A stretch of DNA of 63,847 nucleotides, counting the filler, from Reticulomyxa filosa (taxonomy: Eukaryota; Protista; Foraminifera), in assembly GCA_000512085.1 (NCBI GenBank). It is 17 parts of 17 records of this genome, joined end to end, with 100 filler letters (N's around TTAATTAATTAA, not from the genome) between each part and the next. Parts side by side here need not be neighbours in the genome. Positions count along the whole stretch, not along the records: positions 38,180 to 40,347 come from ASPP01025006.1; positions 40,448 to 42,219 come from ASPP01050173.1; positions 42,320 to 48,338 come from ASPP01026787.1; positions 48,439 to 53,827 come from ASPP01039342.1; 13 more parts are not named here. One strand, given 5' to 3'. Of the stretch, positions 38,080-51,107 are shown piece by piece. The notes below the pieces were generated by a model. That model worked only from the letters and a program-made list of their open reading frames with translations. It had not been told where the DNA came from and made no database searches. Each line of letters begins with the position of its first letter. Position 1 is the first letter of the stretch. The position numbers and the translations under genes are program-made.

Positions 38080-40447
38080 NNNNNNNNNNNNNNNNNNNNN
38101 NNNNNNNNNNNNNNNNNNNNNNNTTAATTAATTAANNNNNNNNNNNNNNNNNNNNNNNNNNNNNNNNNNNNNNNNNNNNATATAAATGGATCATACAAAT
38201 AAGACCATCTGTAGAAAAAAGGAATATTTGTCGTCCTTTCAAACAAAAGAAGTGAGTTGTTTACTTTGTCTAATATACAAAAAAATTACTGATATCTGAA
38301 TACTTTTATTTTGAATAATGTTTTTGCAAAGATAGAAAAAAATCCTTTATGACGTATATTCTTTGCATTGCAAAGATCAAGCAGAAGTCAATGTGTCTAT
38401 TTTCAAATATGTTACATGCTTTGCAAATTGCACATTCTCATTGTTTCAATTTGCTAAACATAATAATTTGCGACAATGCATTTGCTTCTTTCTCCAAGTA
38501 TTTTTGTTTTGTACAATCATATAAAGTTAAATCAAACAAAAATAATGTGAATAGATTACTTATAAAAAAAAGAGAAAGAAAGCAACTTTGAAAAGCGGTT
38601 TAAACGTGGTATTTGGAGTATGAAACGAAAAACCACTTGAAATTAAAACAAAAATAGCGACAGAAACGTCCAAAAGTGCGCCAATGTCAAGCAATGATAA
38701 TAACAGCAACGACAACAATACCAACCTGGGCGATAGACACGAATTCAAATAGGCGGCGAAAAGTAAAAAAACAAAAGATTGAATGAAAAAAAGTCTGTCA
38801 TTGTCGAACGTATCAACTTGTCCAAAAAAAAAAGAATTCCGAAAGCATACGTAAAAGTGGGAAAACATGCTATAGTCAATTGTTTGAAAGATTACTGAAA
38901 CTGGTTCATTTTAATTTGACACAAATGTGAAGTGATTACGACCTTGTGTCGCCTTTTTCTTTTTTAATGATATTTTTTTTATTTTTCGTAAAATATTGAC
39001 CCTTATAAGCATCAAGCTAAATAATGTAATATTGGATAATTCAGAGATATTTCTGCACAGCATAATAAATGTAATAATAAACTATTTGAACTTTTTCGTT
39101 TGTTTAATTTGTATTGCAAGTTAAGTTCGTAAAGTATGGCCATTTTAAGATAGAAATAACAGACAACTAGCTTATTTATTTTCGGATTTTTGAATGAAAA
39201 CATTGGTATGCCCATCAAAAAAATGTTCATTCTTTTGATTTGTCATTACATCATTACTGATATTTTTCTCTGATTTTAATAAAATTGGAATATGTGGAAG
39301 GTTATTCCTTTTTAGTTTTTTTTGTTTACAAGTTCAGTATTTCTGCAACTGACTGTAGCGAGTTATTTTGTAATGTATTTTGATGGATTTCAAAATAAAA
39401 AAGAGTCAACATTGTATGAGAGTTGTTCATTATTTATACACTAATTTATAATTGAGGGATGCTTTATCATCTAATTTTTACTCTTAGTTTCTTCAGTCTT
39501 GTTCAAACACAGCGTGGAAGGGGACAGCGCTAAGAAAACTCTCCGTTTTTTTTGACAATTCATTATAAATGGCAAGTTGGAAAGTAAGGAATGCCAGTGA
39601 ATTTACCAACCCAAAACCTAATAATCGAAGAGGACGAGGTCGTAGATTACACTATGTAAACTATGGATACTACGATGAGTTTGGAGAAAATGAAACGTAG
39701 CTTTTTATAACAACAAAGCAAGGAATGAAAGCAGAACTTTCCATAAAAGGATGTCTACTGCATATGAACAAACTCCGAATTTTCGTTACCATCGGGTCCA
39801 GAGCAGGGAATATTTTAATCACAAACAAAATCGTGATTATCAGTATAGCAGACAAAGCGTGTATGAACATCAAGAATACAAATACCACAAGAATAAAAAC
39901 ATCAATCGTTACACGGGATATCGTTATGATGATGCTTTATCTTGGAGTCAAAGAGGCAGAAAAAAGTATTGGAGACGTTGAAAGAAACTATATTCAGTAA
40001 ACTGGACAAAATATATATGCACATACATATATACAAATATGAAATATTTTTACTTTTTTTAAACAAAATTTTAAAAAAAATAGACAAATAGCCGTATTCT
40101 TGAATCACATGGCAATTAGTTTATGAGATATGAAATTGGGTAAAAAAAAAGTGAAAGACATAATAGACATAAGTTGTATCAGAATAACATTATCTCCACA
40201 GATGATAGATTTCTTACAACTTTTTCACCCTATGGTATGGCTGCAATACATGACTTGGAATCAGGGAATGTGTTACAAAGAGTATATGAAAGTTTTGTAA
40301 TTGGTTGGTGATATTTTCCAAATTGACAAACAATTTTGATTGGATTTNNNNNNNNNNNNNNNNNNNNNNNNNNNNNNNNNNNNNNNNNNNNTTAATTAAT
40401 TAANNNNNNNNNNNNNNNNNNNNNNNNNNNNNNNNNNNNNNNNNNNN

Positions 40448-42219
40448 CCGCATTTCCGGTGCTGCTGCGTCGAGTGTTTAAAAGATGAATTTGTGTAAAA
40501 AATTAAAGTGGAATGTATTGGCAAATGCCAAAAGGCTTTAGAAGAAAAACAAAATGAAGAAGAAGGTGATGCGACAGATGATGAGATGGACGAAGCAACT
40601 CGCGAACGAGTAGACTTGGTGACAGTGTGCAAAGAAGCACAAAATTTAACATTGATAGTACAGCAACGCCTTGGCGAATTGATGAAGGCTGTAAAAAAGA
40701 CGATAACAGGCAATGCATTGAACTGTGAAAAAATAGTGCAAAAGATGTTGGGCGAATTGATACTTGATTCGCATTTTGCACGACGCGTTTGGTCGAATCG
40801 GCGTTTGAGGCAATTTCGAAACTTAGAGTCTCTAACTGTGTCAAGCAATTGAGTGACAGGATTTTTAGATGATGGTGCTGGTGGACTGTTGCGCGAAATC
40901 ATTCGAATGTTGATCCATCGAAACAAGTCCAAAATTCGTAATGTTCGCTTGGTCGGACTTTTTGCTAATTCATCCGTCTCCGACCGGTTTAGCAGTAGCA
41001 ATTTAAATACGGGACTTCGCAGACCTACAGTCGCTTCAGTGAATGCCCTTATCAAGAAATGTGTGGGTAAACTTGTACAAAATATGGAAGCGAGTTGCGC
41101 AAATACGTGTGGCTTGGATTCCCCTTCCAACAGCTTTACGTATGTTATATATAACTTTTTTTATTTATAAAAAAATATTATTTGTATGTGTTTGATCTTT
41201 GAATAATTTTGATAGGACCTTGCAAACGTCGTTGTCCGCGTTATTTCGAAACATCTCGGTTGGTTTTACCAACAGTTAAGTTTTTTTTTTTTATAAAAAA
41301 TTACGTATAATTATGATATACGTTTTGATTATAAATATGTACATGCATAAAATTGTACGAACAAGTATGCGAGCTTCTGAAAGCATCAAGTGCAAATGTG
41401 GAGGAATTGTCCTTGCAATGCTCGTTTTCAATACTGGATAAATCGACTTTTCCACTTTTATCAACACACTTTCCAAACGTGAAAGTATTAAATATCTCAT
41501 CAAGTCTCCCGATAGTCTCGAAATTGAATTTGGTAGTAAGATATACAACAACATCAATAGCATTTGATAGTTCAAAATGGAAAGCTGTAGAATCGATCAT
41601 TGTCGACGCAAGAAATTTTTATTCTTTGGCCAATGCTGTTCACAAGGATTTCACATCGCTCAAAAGCATTCGAATCGAAGGCTGCCAAACCAGTGGTTTT
41701 TTGCATTCTGAACAACCGGTGTTTTTTCCCAGTGTGCAAAGCGTTGTTATTATGTATCACTTGGCCAATGAAGTGATATCAATTGCAGAGTTTTGTCTTT
41801 TTAAAAAAGTATAATAATATATATTAAATTAATAATAATAATAATACAATAGGGAGCAAAAAATCTTCGATGGAGTCAAATGCGACATACAGCAGTTATT
41901 GATAATGATGCCCAACGTACAAAGTTTGAAAATTGGATCAACAAACACGCTGCGATATTCAGAAACTTATTTGAAGTGTTACCAGAGAATGAAATCCAGA
42001 TCTTCTGAATATATCCTTACTGGTAAAAATGCAAGTGGAATTGCATGGAAGGATGTATTTGGCTCCAGATTATATAATCAAATTGAGTATCTTAGCATTG
42101 ATATTGATGGACAGTTGGAAGAAAAAGAGATTGAGAAAGAATATTATTGGAGCACTGCGATGCGACGAAGATGTCAAGGCGATTTTCATTGAAGTCATTA
42201 TATTTATCCTTCCCCGATA
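40448..42219 (+). pseudogene. LRR-like (F-box/LRR-type) gene with in-frame stops
   Basis: LRR-like units FRNLESLTVS, FPNVKVLNIS, FTSLKSIRIEG, MPNVQSLKIG, IEYLSIDID. In-frame TAA at about 40496 and TGA at 40850-40852. Introns present. Confidence 0.55.
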
Positions 42220-42350
42220 NNNNNNNNNNNNNNNNNNNNNNNNNNNNNNNNNNNNNNNNNNNNTTAATTAATTAANNNNNNNNNNNNNNNNNNNNNNNNN
42301 NNNNNNNNNNNNNNNNNNNTTTTTTTTAAAAAAAAAAAAAAAAAAAATAG

Positions 42351-42817
42351 GCGGCAGTGCGGCTCAAAGTGCACTGTTCCAATGTCTGGACGTGTTCTTA
42401 AATGTCGTCCATCCGAACAGCGAGTTCTTGGATGAAATGCTAAGTTACATGGCTTTGGAACATCGGTCGTTTATTGCCAAACTCAAGACGCTTCCAAAGT
42501 TTTTAAATTTGATGTCGGCTGTGCATAACAAGTCTCACGGCAAGCTTGAACCACGCGAGGCCGCGTTGGCTCAGGAAATTGTACAAATGTACAGTCAGGA
42601 GGCCATTGCCGTGTTACGAAAGTTCCGTACTATTCACTTGGGAATTGCCGCGTATTATGTGGTGGCGCCGGCTGAAAAAGCCCAACAAGAAATCAAGGGG
42701 ACTGGTGGCTCCTCCGTCGTTCCTTACTTAAAGTCCATTCGCGATGACACTGTTGTCAATGCTGATGCTTCGAAGCTATTTCCTAAGCAAGACGACTCTC
42801 GTCGTTCCAAACTTTGA
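42351..42817 (+). CDS. IDO: Indoleamine 2,3-dioxygenase, last exon
   Basis: GSAAQSALFQCLDVFL; EFLDEMLSYM..EHRSFI; FRTIHLGIAAYYV (proximal heme His); KGTGGSSVVPYLKSIRDDT. Confidence 0.9.
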
Positions 42818-43166
42818 TCTTTCTTTTTCAATCAAACCTTTTTTTTTAATCAATACATACACATTTTGTCTCATTTTTACATCGTAATCTTTTTTTCCGA
42901 GTATTCAATTTCGTCTGCGCTATCTGACTTAAACGGAGTTTAGCTTGATGGAGGTCATGCTTGGAGTACAGAAGATAAGTTAACCCCATTTAATTAAGAT
43001 TTTAAATTTTAGACAAAAAGAAAAACTTCCAACATTTAATTTTAAAGCGAAGCTCAAACAAAGAGACAAACAAATAAAATGCTACTTTTTTTTGTGATCT
43101 TTTTGTTAAGTAAAGTTCAAGTGAACTTTTTTTTGGAATAGACCCTTTCATTGTTGGAGAGATTAA

Positions 43167-43376
43167 ATGTCCACAGAAAAACTGGAATTGCAAAAGGTGG
43201 AGCAAGAACATAAAGACTTGCTTCGTGAGTTAGAATTGTTGGAAGCAGCAGAAGCTCCAGAAATGGCAGCACAACAAATTGTGGAATACATAGTGGCTAA
43301 CAACGAGCCTCTTCTCAATGAAGAAAATCCTTATCGACCCAACGCTGGATGTTGCAGTAGCTGTGTCGTGCTATAA
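43167..43376 (+). CDS. Heterotrimeric G-protein gamma subunit
   Basis: 69 aa with an N-terminal coiled coil, AAQQIVEYI, EPLL...ENPY (DPLL/NPF motif) and a C-terminal CaaX box CVVL preceded by CC. Confidence 0.85.
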   Translation: MSTEKLELQKVEQEHKDLLRELELLEAAEAPEMAAQQIVEYIVANNEPLLNEENPYRPNAGCCSSCVVL

Positions 43377-45638
43377 ACAAACCAAACGCATGTAATATGA
43401 ATTGCATCGTCTTTGTTATGTACATTGATGCATATTGCGCTACACTATATGCAAATACAATATATTTCATCGTCGCAAGGACGGACCAAACACGCATATG
43501 CATTCACATAAAAACAACAAAAAATTATTTTTGATTAATTTGATTTTTTTTTATGTTCTGTTTACCATTATTGTTGTCATTTTTTCTTTTTTTGTGTATT
43601 CACATTGCCGTGGATGTATCAACAGTCAGAGGATAGAAAGAATTCAAGCGACCGACAAGAGAAATTTTAAATTGTGATTGAAACGATTTTTTTTTTGTGA
43701 TGTTTTTCTCAACCAACTTTGGCTTTTTTTTTTTGCTTTGTTATTTTCTTCAATTTCTCCTTGTCCCTCTCACTTTTCCATTGCATTTGGCTTTTGCCCG
43801 GATAGTGGTAATGCTAATAACAATCCAAAAAATCATTTTAAATTACTTATTTATTTTGTTTTGTTTTCGTTGTTTTGTATTCCCATGTTTTACAATAGCG
43901 CACTTTAATTCGCTTGTACAAATTAATGCCAGTTGGTTGTCTTTCACAAAAATTTAGTGAGCTGGGACTTTGAACACTTTTGTTATTGCGTTTTCACTCA
44001 CGACATGTGATGATATCTTTTTTTTCTTTTTTGAATACAAAAAATTAATTGTTAAGACTTTTCACTGTTTTTTTTCTTTTTTTGTCAAAAAAAAAGGGGC
44101 TAACAGAAAAAGCTTGACCCACTGACTTTCAACATTTTATTGTCTTGCTTTGATGTCAAGGCAAGATTGTTAAGTCTAATATGCAATATTCCATAACCAT
44201 GTTGTACAATTGATTTAATCCCCTTCTGGCATTTGTGTTTTATTTTTTTTCTCTAAATGGCATCAATTACCATACAAAAAGATAACGGTAACCCAAATTG
44301 CAGAGAAGGAAGACTAATGTCTCCATATATTCCTATAAAACTACCTTTTATTCTTCTAAATCGGACCAACGAGGAATTTTATCGTTTTGCTTCTTTGAAG
44401 CAAATTTGCTTGTACAATATCGATTTACAGGTCATAAGACTGAACAGAAAGCTTCAAATAAAACGTCATGACGAAGAAAATCTGAGCTTTTGACATCTTA
44501 CATTATTTCTATCGATCTTGAGCTTTCATCAGTTTTTGCAGCAACTTCTCGTAAAATAGATTATCATTGCATCTATGAAAAACCCTAAAAATAAAGTCTT
44601 TTCTTTTTAGACACAAAACATATAGTTTTCGACCTTTGACAAACTCTGATTTACTATATCATACTAATTTGCTTAAGCTAATTTCCAATGAAAATGAATT
44701 TTTTAAAATAATTAATTCATTGATAAACAAAATTGTAAAAATGAAACTCACTAGTTGTTGATACATCTAAAACCATTACAGCCCATTACAAATATGAACG
44801 ATAACATTCAGACAATATTTTAGTTTTAAAAAATTTAAATAAGATAAAATCTAACTGAGAAGTCAATAATAGTTGTAACATTTCAATCACAATCGATTAT
44901 TGAATCAAATGAATGAGTTCCTTAACATTTAAATAAACGTTCAACTAGAAAACAAATTAATTAACATTTCACATACAATTGCTCACAATATTACATTTAG
45001 AATTTGGCACATTTGTACAGTTTTTCACATTGTTTATGTTCTGGTATGCTTTACAAAAATAATATAAACATGAAATTTTTATCAATTTGACAAAGAACTT
45101 ACGCATGTTTGAAATGTTTTATCAATACGCACTTGTATAAGCAAGTATATTAGTGTAGTATACTAGTCAAACTGTAATATGTTCAATTCAATTGTACTTT
45201 TATTTTTTATTCCGTCCCCTTTTTTAAAAAGTTGTGTACGTACGAGTATGTGGAACCTGGCCATACAAATATATCTTTTTTGATGTTACAAACAGCATAC
45301 CTGCATCATTGAGGAAAAAGTATTTCTTACTTGCAAATCAACATATTTCTTTTTGTATTTGTCTTCACAATGAGACTGGCTTAGTTTGCAAAGATATTTG
45401 CACAAACATAAAAAAAGTACAATGGAAGAGCTGCTGGCAAGCTCAATGAACAAAAGCATTTATTGTTTGAAAAGCGACAAATCAAATTTTAACAAAAACT
45501 CTTTGTCAAAAACCAACAACCAAATGATTCCAAAAACGACATTGGGAGCTGATTTTTACTTTTGGCGGTCACCACTGACCATTTTACTCCATCCAACACG
45601 ACAATTAAACCCAAGTTTAAAAAAACAAAAACTTTTTT

Positions 45639-46082
45639 TTATGAGCTTTGCGCTTCTAATTTTTCTAATTCTTCCATTCTTTCCAAGATGGTTTTCTTGG
45701 CTGTTTCTTGGATTTCTCCTGCCAAATAGTATTCATCCACCAATGCCAATACTTTGTGGAAGTTGAATACCAGGTCTAATTCGCATACGTTTCCAAAGTA
45801 CTGATCCAACAACTCCACAAACAAGTGAATGCTTTCAAGATATCCCAGTTCGTTGTCGTTTGTGTCCACACATAACGAAAAGTACAACCCAGCGTAGCGG
45901 CGGTAAATGACTTTGTAGTTGCGCCATTCAATAAAATTGGTAAACTTTTGGTTTCGGTTTGTCACTAATCGGTGGACCTCTTTTTCTATGTCTCTTTTGT
46001 CGTCCGTTCCCCAGTCACCAGTGTACCACTTCGACATACGTGTTTTGCCTTGCTTATTTTGGAGTAAGACAAAGTAAATCAT
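45639..46082 (-). CDS. AP2S1: AP-2 complex sigma subunit (intronless)
   Basis: [20 protein letters not shown]...EVHRLV...[22 protein letters not shown]...[35 protein letters not shown]. Confidence 0.92.
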   Translation of the reverse strand: MIYFVLLQNKQGKTRMSKWYTGDWGTDDKRDIEKEVHRLVTNRNQKFTNFIEWRNYKVIYRRYAGLYFSLCVDTNDNELGYLESIHLFVELLDQYFGNVCELDLVFNFHKVLALVDEYYLAGEIQETAKKTILERMEELEKLEAQSS

Positions 46083-46438
46083 GGCCAACGATCTTTTTTT
46101 TTAGTTTCGATAACAATGCCAAAAAAGGAAGGGTTCAAAATTTTTTTGATTACCCCCTTTTTTTAAAAACCCAACAACCCCTAACGTCACAGCTTGGCCA
46201 CAATTGCCATATACTTTTTGGTGATGTTTCGAAAGGTGGAAGCCTCTTGATTAAAAACAAAAAACCTTTCCGTATTTTTCTGTAAGCAAAATGATAGAAA
46301 GACTTGTTTCTTCAATATAACTTTTTGTTTGGCAGATACAGATCTCTGCACCAGTGAGCCGAAGATGATAGGATGGCTTTTATGTGCAAAAAAATAAGAG
46401 CAGCAAGGAAACTTTTGGTTTTTTTAATCAGAGTTGCA

Positions 46439-48177
46439 ATGTCCGTTAATCCGTCACTGGTTTGTAGCTCGCCGTATGCAGATGATTGCTCATGCAGTCT
46501 GGCAAATTTGACATTAACAAATTCAACCTTCACGCGTTGTTTTGTGGAGTATGTGTGTGCGTACAACGCAACAACAAACCAGTTTTGCAGTGGACACGGC
46601 AGCTGTTTGTTCAATGAGAGTCGTTGTGATTGTGACTCGAATTACGGATTGGTCGATTGTTCAGCACAGTATGAGACGAAGGAAATAGCCTCCTTGATCC
46701 GATATCCATTACTTGTGTTTGGTATTTTGTTTATGGTGATATCGCTGGGTTTAATCCAATGGGTTTGGAAATATCGTCGGACCAGTGAAGTGAAGGCCAT
46801 GTCAATCACATTTACGAACCTGATGTTACTCGGCTGTGCCCTGGTCAGTGCCGGTGTCGTGATTATTGGATCTGGTTACAATTTCACCAACTGCATTTTG
46901 GTCGAATGGTTCACATTCGTCGGCAGTACCCTCGTGGTTGCGTGTGCTGGTGTCAAAGCGTTCCGAATTGCATCCGTCTTCAATCGAAAGGTCATGTCCG
47001 GTGAAGACTTGACCGACAAAACGTTGCTCAAATATCTCTTCGGCACCAACATGGTCACCGTCATCTTGTTGATTATTTATACCATTTTGAACTTTACGGA
47101 TGGGTTACGTATACTTTTTTTTTTTTGAAGAGGGGGCGGGAGACCAAAAAAAGATTTCTTTTTTGTGGTTTTGTTGGATGCGGAATGGTGAAAATAATTG
47201 TTTGCTTGATTGCTCTTCGGAACACATTGCACAGAGGCGCATATTTCCGAAAATTGAACAGCAATTCTCTGCCATTGCTGAAAGAGCACCGCTGTTCGCA
47301 TGCGACATACACGAGTATCACGTATTATGTGATGGTGGCATATGTGTTCATTTTGCTCGTTGCCGTTTTGAAATACGGAAATGAAACTCAGTCGGTTTCA
47401 AACATTTTCAAAGAAACCAAATGCATTTATCTCGGCTCGAACATTGGCACTGTTATAATCATTGCCTTTGGCGTCGTCATTTTGTTCACCAAAAACTACA
47501 GTGCACAAATTGCCGTGCGAGGATTCGGGACTTTGATTGTCACTGTTGTTGTTATTATCTTATTATTTGGGTGTGCTATTTTTATTCGTTTCTTATACTT
47601 TATATATTTATATATGAATATATATATTTATTTATATGGATTATATGTATGTATAAGACGTGAAAGTTTGAATTGTTTTTTTTTTCGTAATGGCTACAAC
47701 AGACCTAAAATGCGGGCAGTTTACAACGTCTCAGTGCTGGACAAGGATGGCTTGACTGTAGAGGAAAAGCAAATGAGTACACAATATTCAACGAATATTC
47801 GAGAAAAAAATAGCAAAGAAGTAATGCTAGTGATGAATACATTGGTCGCGGAAATGACGTGGCGTTTGGAGCACAAGATAATGTCGATTGAATTAACTAC
47901 AAAAAATTTAGAGACTTTAATGAATTTAAGTCAAGAATTAACACAACTTATTGAAACCAATGCCAAAGGCAACAAAAACAATACCAAGAAGGACACCAAT
48001 AATAATAGCAGCACCAACAACGCTAACGCTAACACTAACAATAACAATAACAATGCGAATAACAGTGGAAGCAACTCACCATTACAACCCATGCCAAGTC
48101 GAAGTGATATCACAAAGGAAAAGAGTGAAAACGATGCTGGTAATGAAACTGAAATGGAAATGCAAACCCAACTTTGA
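46439..48177 (+). CDS. Class C (GABA-B/glutamate-like, 7tm_3) GPCR with N-terminal EGF-like domain
   Basis: Exons 46439-47103, 47235-47570, 47703-48177. EGF motif CSGHGSC...CDCDSNYGLVDCS. Seven hydrophobic segments with class C motifs EVKAMS, VKAFRIASVF, FKETKCI, LLFGPK. Confidence 0.82.
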
Positions 48178-48485
48178 TTTTTTTCTTACGTGTCGTTCAC
48201 TGCGTCTATTGTAAATTGTCACACAATCAACAATAATTTTTTCCAGGGTTGTGTTTTTTTTGTTATTGGTATTTTGTTTGTTTTCATAGAATTTGGAAAA
48301 GGATATCTTCTTCAAAATTGAAAGTTACAATTTCTTTANNNNNNNNNNNNNNNNNNNNNNNNNNNNNNNNNNNNNNNNNNNNTTAATTAATTAANNNNNN
48401 NNNNNNNNNNNNNNNNNNNNNNNNNNNNNNNNNNNNNNTTTTTTTTTTCAATATTTTTATCATTCATAAACAAAACTAATACAGG

Positions 48486-49398
48486 TCCAAGAACAAATAA
48501 CAAAATGGTTGCGACAAAATAATCCGAGCCAATCCAAAGCAAGTTGTTTTGAAGCATGTCATGAATTGCTATTTAATATCTTGATTAAAGTATATGATCA
48601 TGTGAAATCATATAAGACAAACGTGTATCAAGAAATTCAACGTACTTTAGGGGTTGGACATGTGATTGAAGAAGGAGAGAAAGAGAAGATGGAGGAAGAA
48701 AAAAAGATAAATCAAAATGATGAACAACGAAACAAAGGAAATGAAATACAAAAAAAAATGAATGACTTGACAAGATATTTGTGTCAATTTTATTTGAGAA
48801 AATATCATCATTTCTTGTTAGGTTACTACAACGATAAATATTCTTCTAGTGATTTTGAAGAGAAGTTGTATCAATGTATATACGGATTCATTGGTAATGA
48901 TGAAATGCAGCTACCACAGTTGTGTTTTTTAGTATGGTTGTTTAACAAGAGTAAGCGAAAACAAAACATTTCTAAAAAATAAAAAGAGAGCTGCGTGAAA
49001 GTATGAATGAATATGTAAAGAATGTAAAAGAATGGAGTTGGCGTGCAATATTGCAAGAACCAGAACTTGTGTTGGATCCGAGCTCGTTTCGAATGAGTAG
49101 CAATAAAAAACAACCTGTTTTCTTCAATGAAAAGACTTTTAAAAAATTTCATACCAGTGATCGCGATGGTACTATTGTGTCTTATTGTGTGTGGCCTTCC
49201 TTGTCTCAAAGTGGAGCCCTTATCGGTGACTTGCAGATTGAGGTTGTCGTGAAGGAATTCTTGAATCGGCCAAGTGAAGACGTAGAGATGAAAAACATGA
49301 ATCCAGGTGAAAAGCTTCAAAATCAAACTCTAAAACAAGACAATAAAAATGTGGGCAATTCAATGCAAGCAAAAAAAAAAAAAAAGGATAACGAATGA
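48486..49398 (+). CDS. Protein with MIEAP/SPATA18-like C-terminal domain (3' part)
   Basis: YVKNVKEWSWRAILQEPELVL...FNEKTFKKFH...GTIVSYCVWPSL resembles the MIEAP C-terminal pattern as recalled. Short intron at about 48951-48988. Confidence 0.5.
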
Positions 49399-49981
49399 GA
49401 CAATATATTATTTTTCCACGTGCTGACTCTACATTTATGTTTGATCTCACTTTGTTCCTGTTATATATTTACACTTTTGCGTATTGCTGAAAATATATTC
49501 CACTGCGTCCCTTCTCTCAATTGTTTGGTCAGAACAAAAAAGTCACCATTCACACAGAGTACAGACCATACTGTGTAGAATAAGCTTTGATGGAAATAAA
49601 AATAGCCTTGAGCATCATCACTAGCAAAATTTGACACTATTCTTTCTTCGTTCGTTACATCAAAGTATATGAAGCAAAGTTGAACCAGATTACATCTTCT
49701 CTGTGCAATAAGTTTAGAAAATAATAAGAGATTAGAGAAACGAGTAATACATGCTAGATTTTGCCACTTCAAGACATATCCTACAAGATCGAAGAAACAC
49801 AAGATTATCGAGTCGACAACTGATGATTAAAATTTTACCTTGTTTTCTTCAAAGAATTGTTTTCCGCACTCAATTTTTAAAAAAACGTGTTATCGCTCTT
49901 TTATTACAACACAGCTTATTGAAAAAAAGCCAGTAACTATGCATGAGTTTGTTCTATCCCTAATTGTTCCAAAAAAAAAAT

Positions 49982-51107
49982 CTATTTATTGGAGGGCAAA
50001 AAGAGGACCCCAGCAGCGTAACTAACACTGGTATCTTTGTGAGAACGAACTTGATTGGATTGACTGTAATGAAAAAATTGGAGTTGAAAACTTTTAAAAG
50101 TTTTAGAAAATTGAAGTGTTTGTAATAAAATGGAAATAGGACGTCGACCACAAATAGTATTTTTACTATAATCAAGATATTGTTTAAATTGTGAATAAGA
50201 TAAAGTTTCAATACAAGCCATTCCAATATGATCCATATATTTAATAAATTCCCAAATATGATTAAAATGATTATCATCATTATCATTATTATTATCATTA
50301 TTATTATCATTATTATCATTTTGAATAGATTTATTTGGTTGATATAAATATAAATTAGGTAAATCTTTATATGAAGGCATAAAATTAAAACGTGTACCCC
50401 AATGACAAAAATCAGAAGAAATAACAAATAAAGTATTTATATCATCTAAATAATTAGATAAACATTTTGAAATAAGATCATCTTGATTTTTTGAATTAGA
50501 ATATAAATGTCCAATAATAATAGGTATAATAGTAAATTTAATATCTTTCATAATATATGCAATATAAGGAATACATAATTCTATACAATGTTCATTAATA
50601 TCTTCTTTTAAAGTCATTTTTTCAAAATATCCTGTTTTTAATAATATATTATTTATTTCATTATCTATTTTAATATTACCATATGGTGTTTCCCATTCAT
50701 TATAACTACTTATTAAATATGGTACTTTTTTATTACGTGTTGAACCACAATGATCTGGTCCTAATATAAATATTCTTTTTATTTTTTCACGATTCTTATT
50801 CTTCATTATATTTATATAACTATATGCACATGTTTCTCCACAATGCATATAACCTGCATGAGGTGTTATTATTGCTTTTATGTTATATGTTTCATCTACA
50901 TTTACTTTTGCTTTTTTTATCCATGTATTCATTTCTTCTTCTAATTTATCTCCTAAATATATATATATATATATATGTTTATATATAATTAATGTATGTA
51001 TATGTTTATATATAACTATTATGTTTTTTTTTTTAACTTTCTTTCGTATACCAACTTCCTGCTTTTGAAGCTGGTCGGACCAAAGTTTCCTCTTTTAGTT
51101 CAGCCAT
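49982..51107 (-). CDS. MEMO1: MEMO1-family protein (2 exons)
   Basis: Exon 1 (51107-51038) VRPASKAGSWY. Exon 2 (50952-49982) IITPHAGY, ILGPDH, ETPYG, EHCIEL, ISSDFCHWGTRF, NTICGRRPI, YSQS, SVSYAA. Confidence 0.93.

Noticed and set aside
40850-40852. In-frame TGA as selenocysteine or an alternative genetic code
   Set aside because: An in-frame TAA lies upstream in the same frame, and TGA is an ordinary stop in other genes here. A pseudogene is the simpler explanation.
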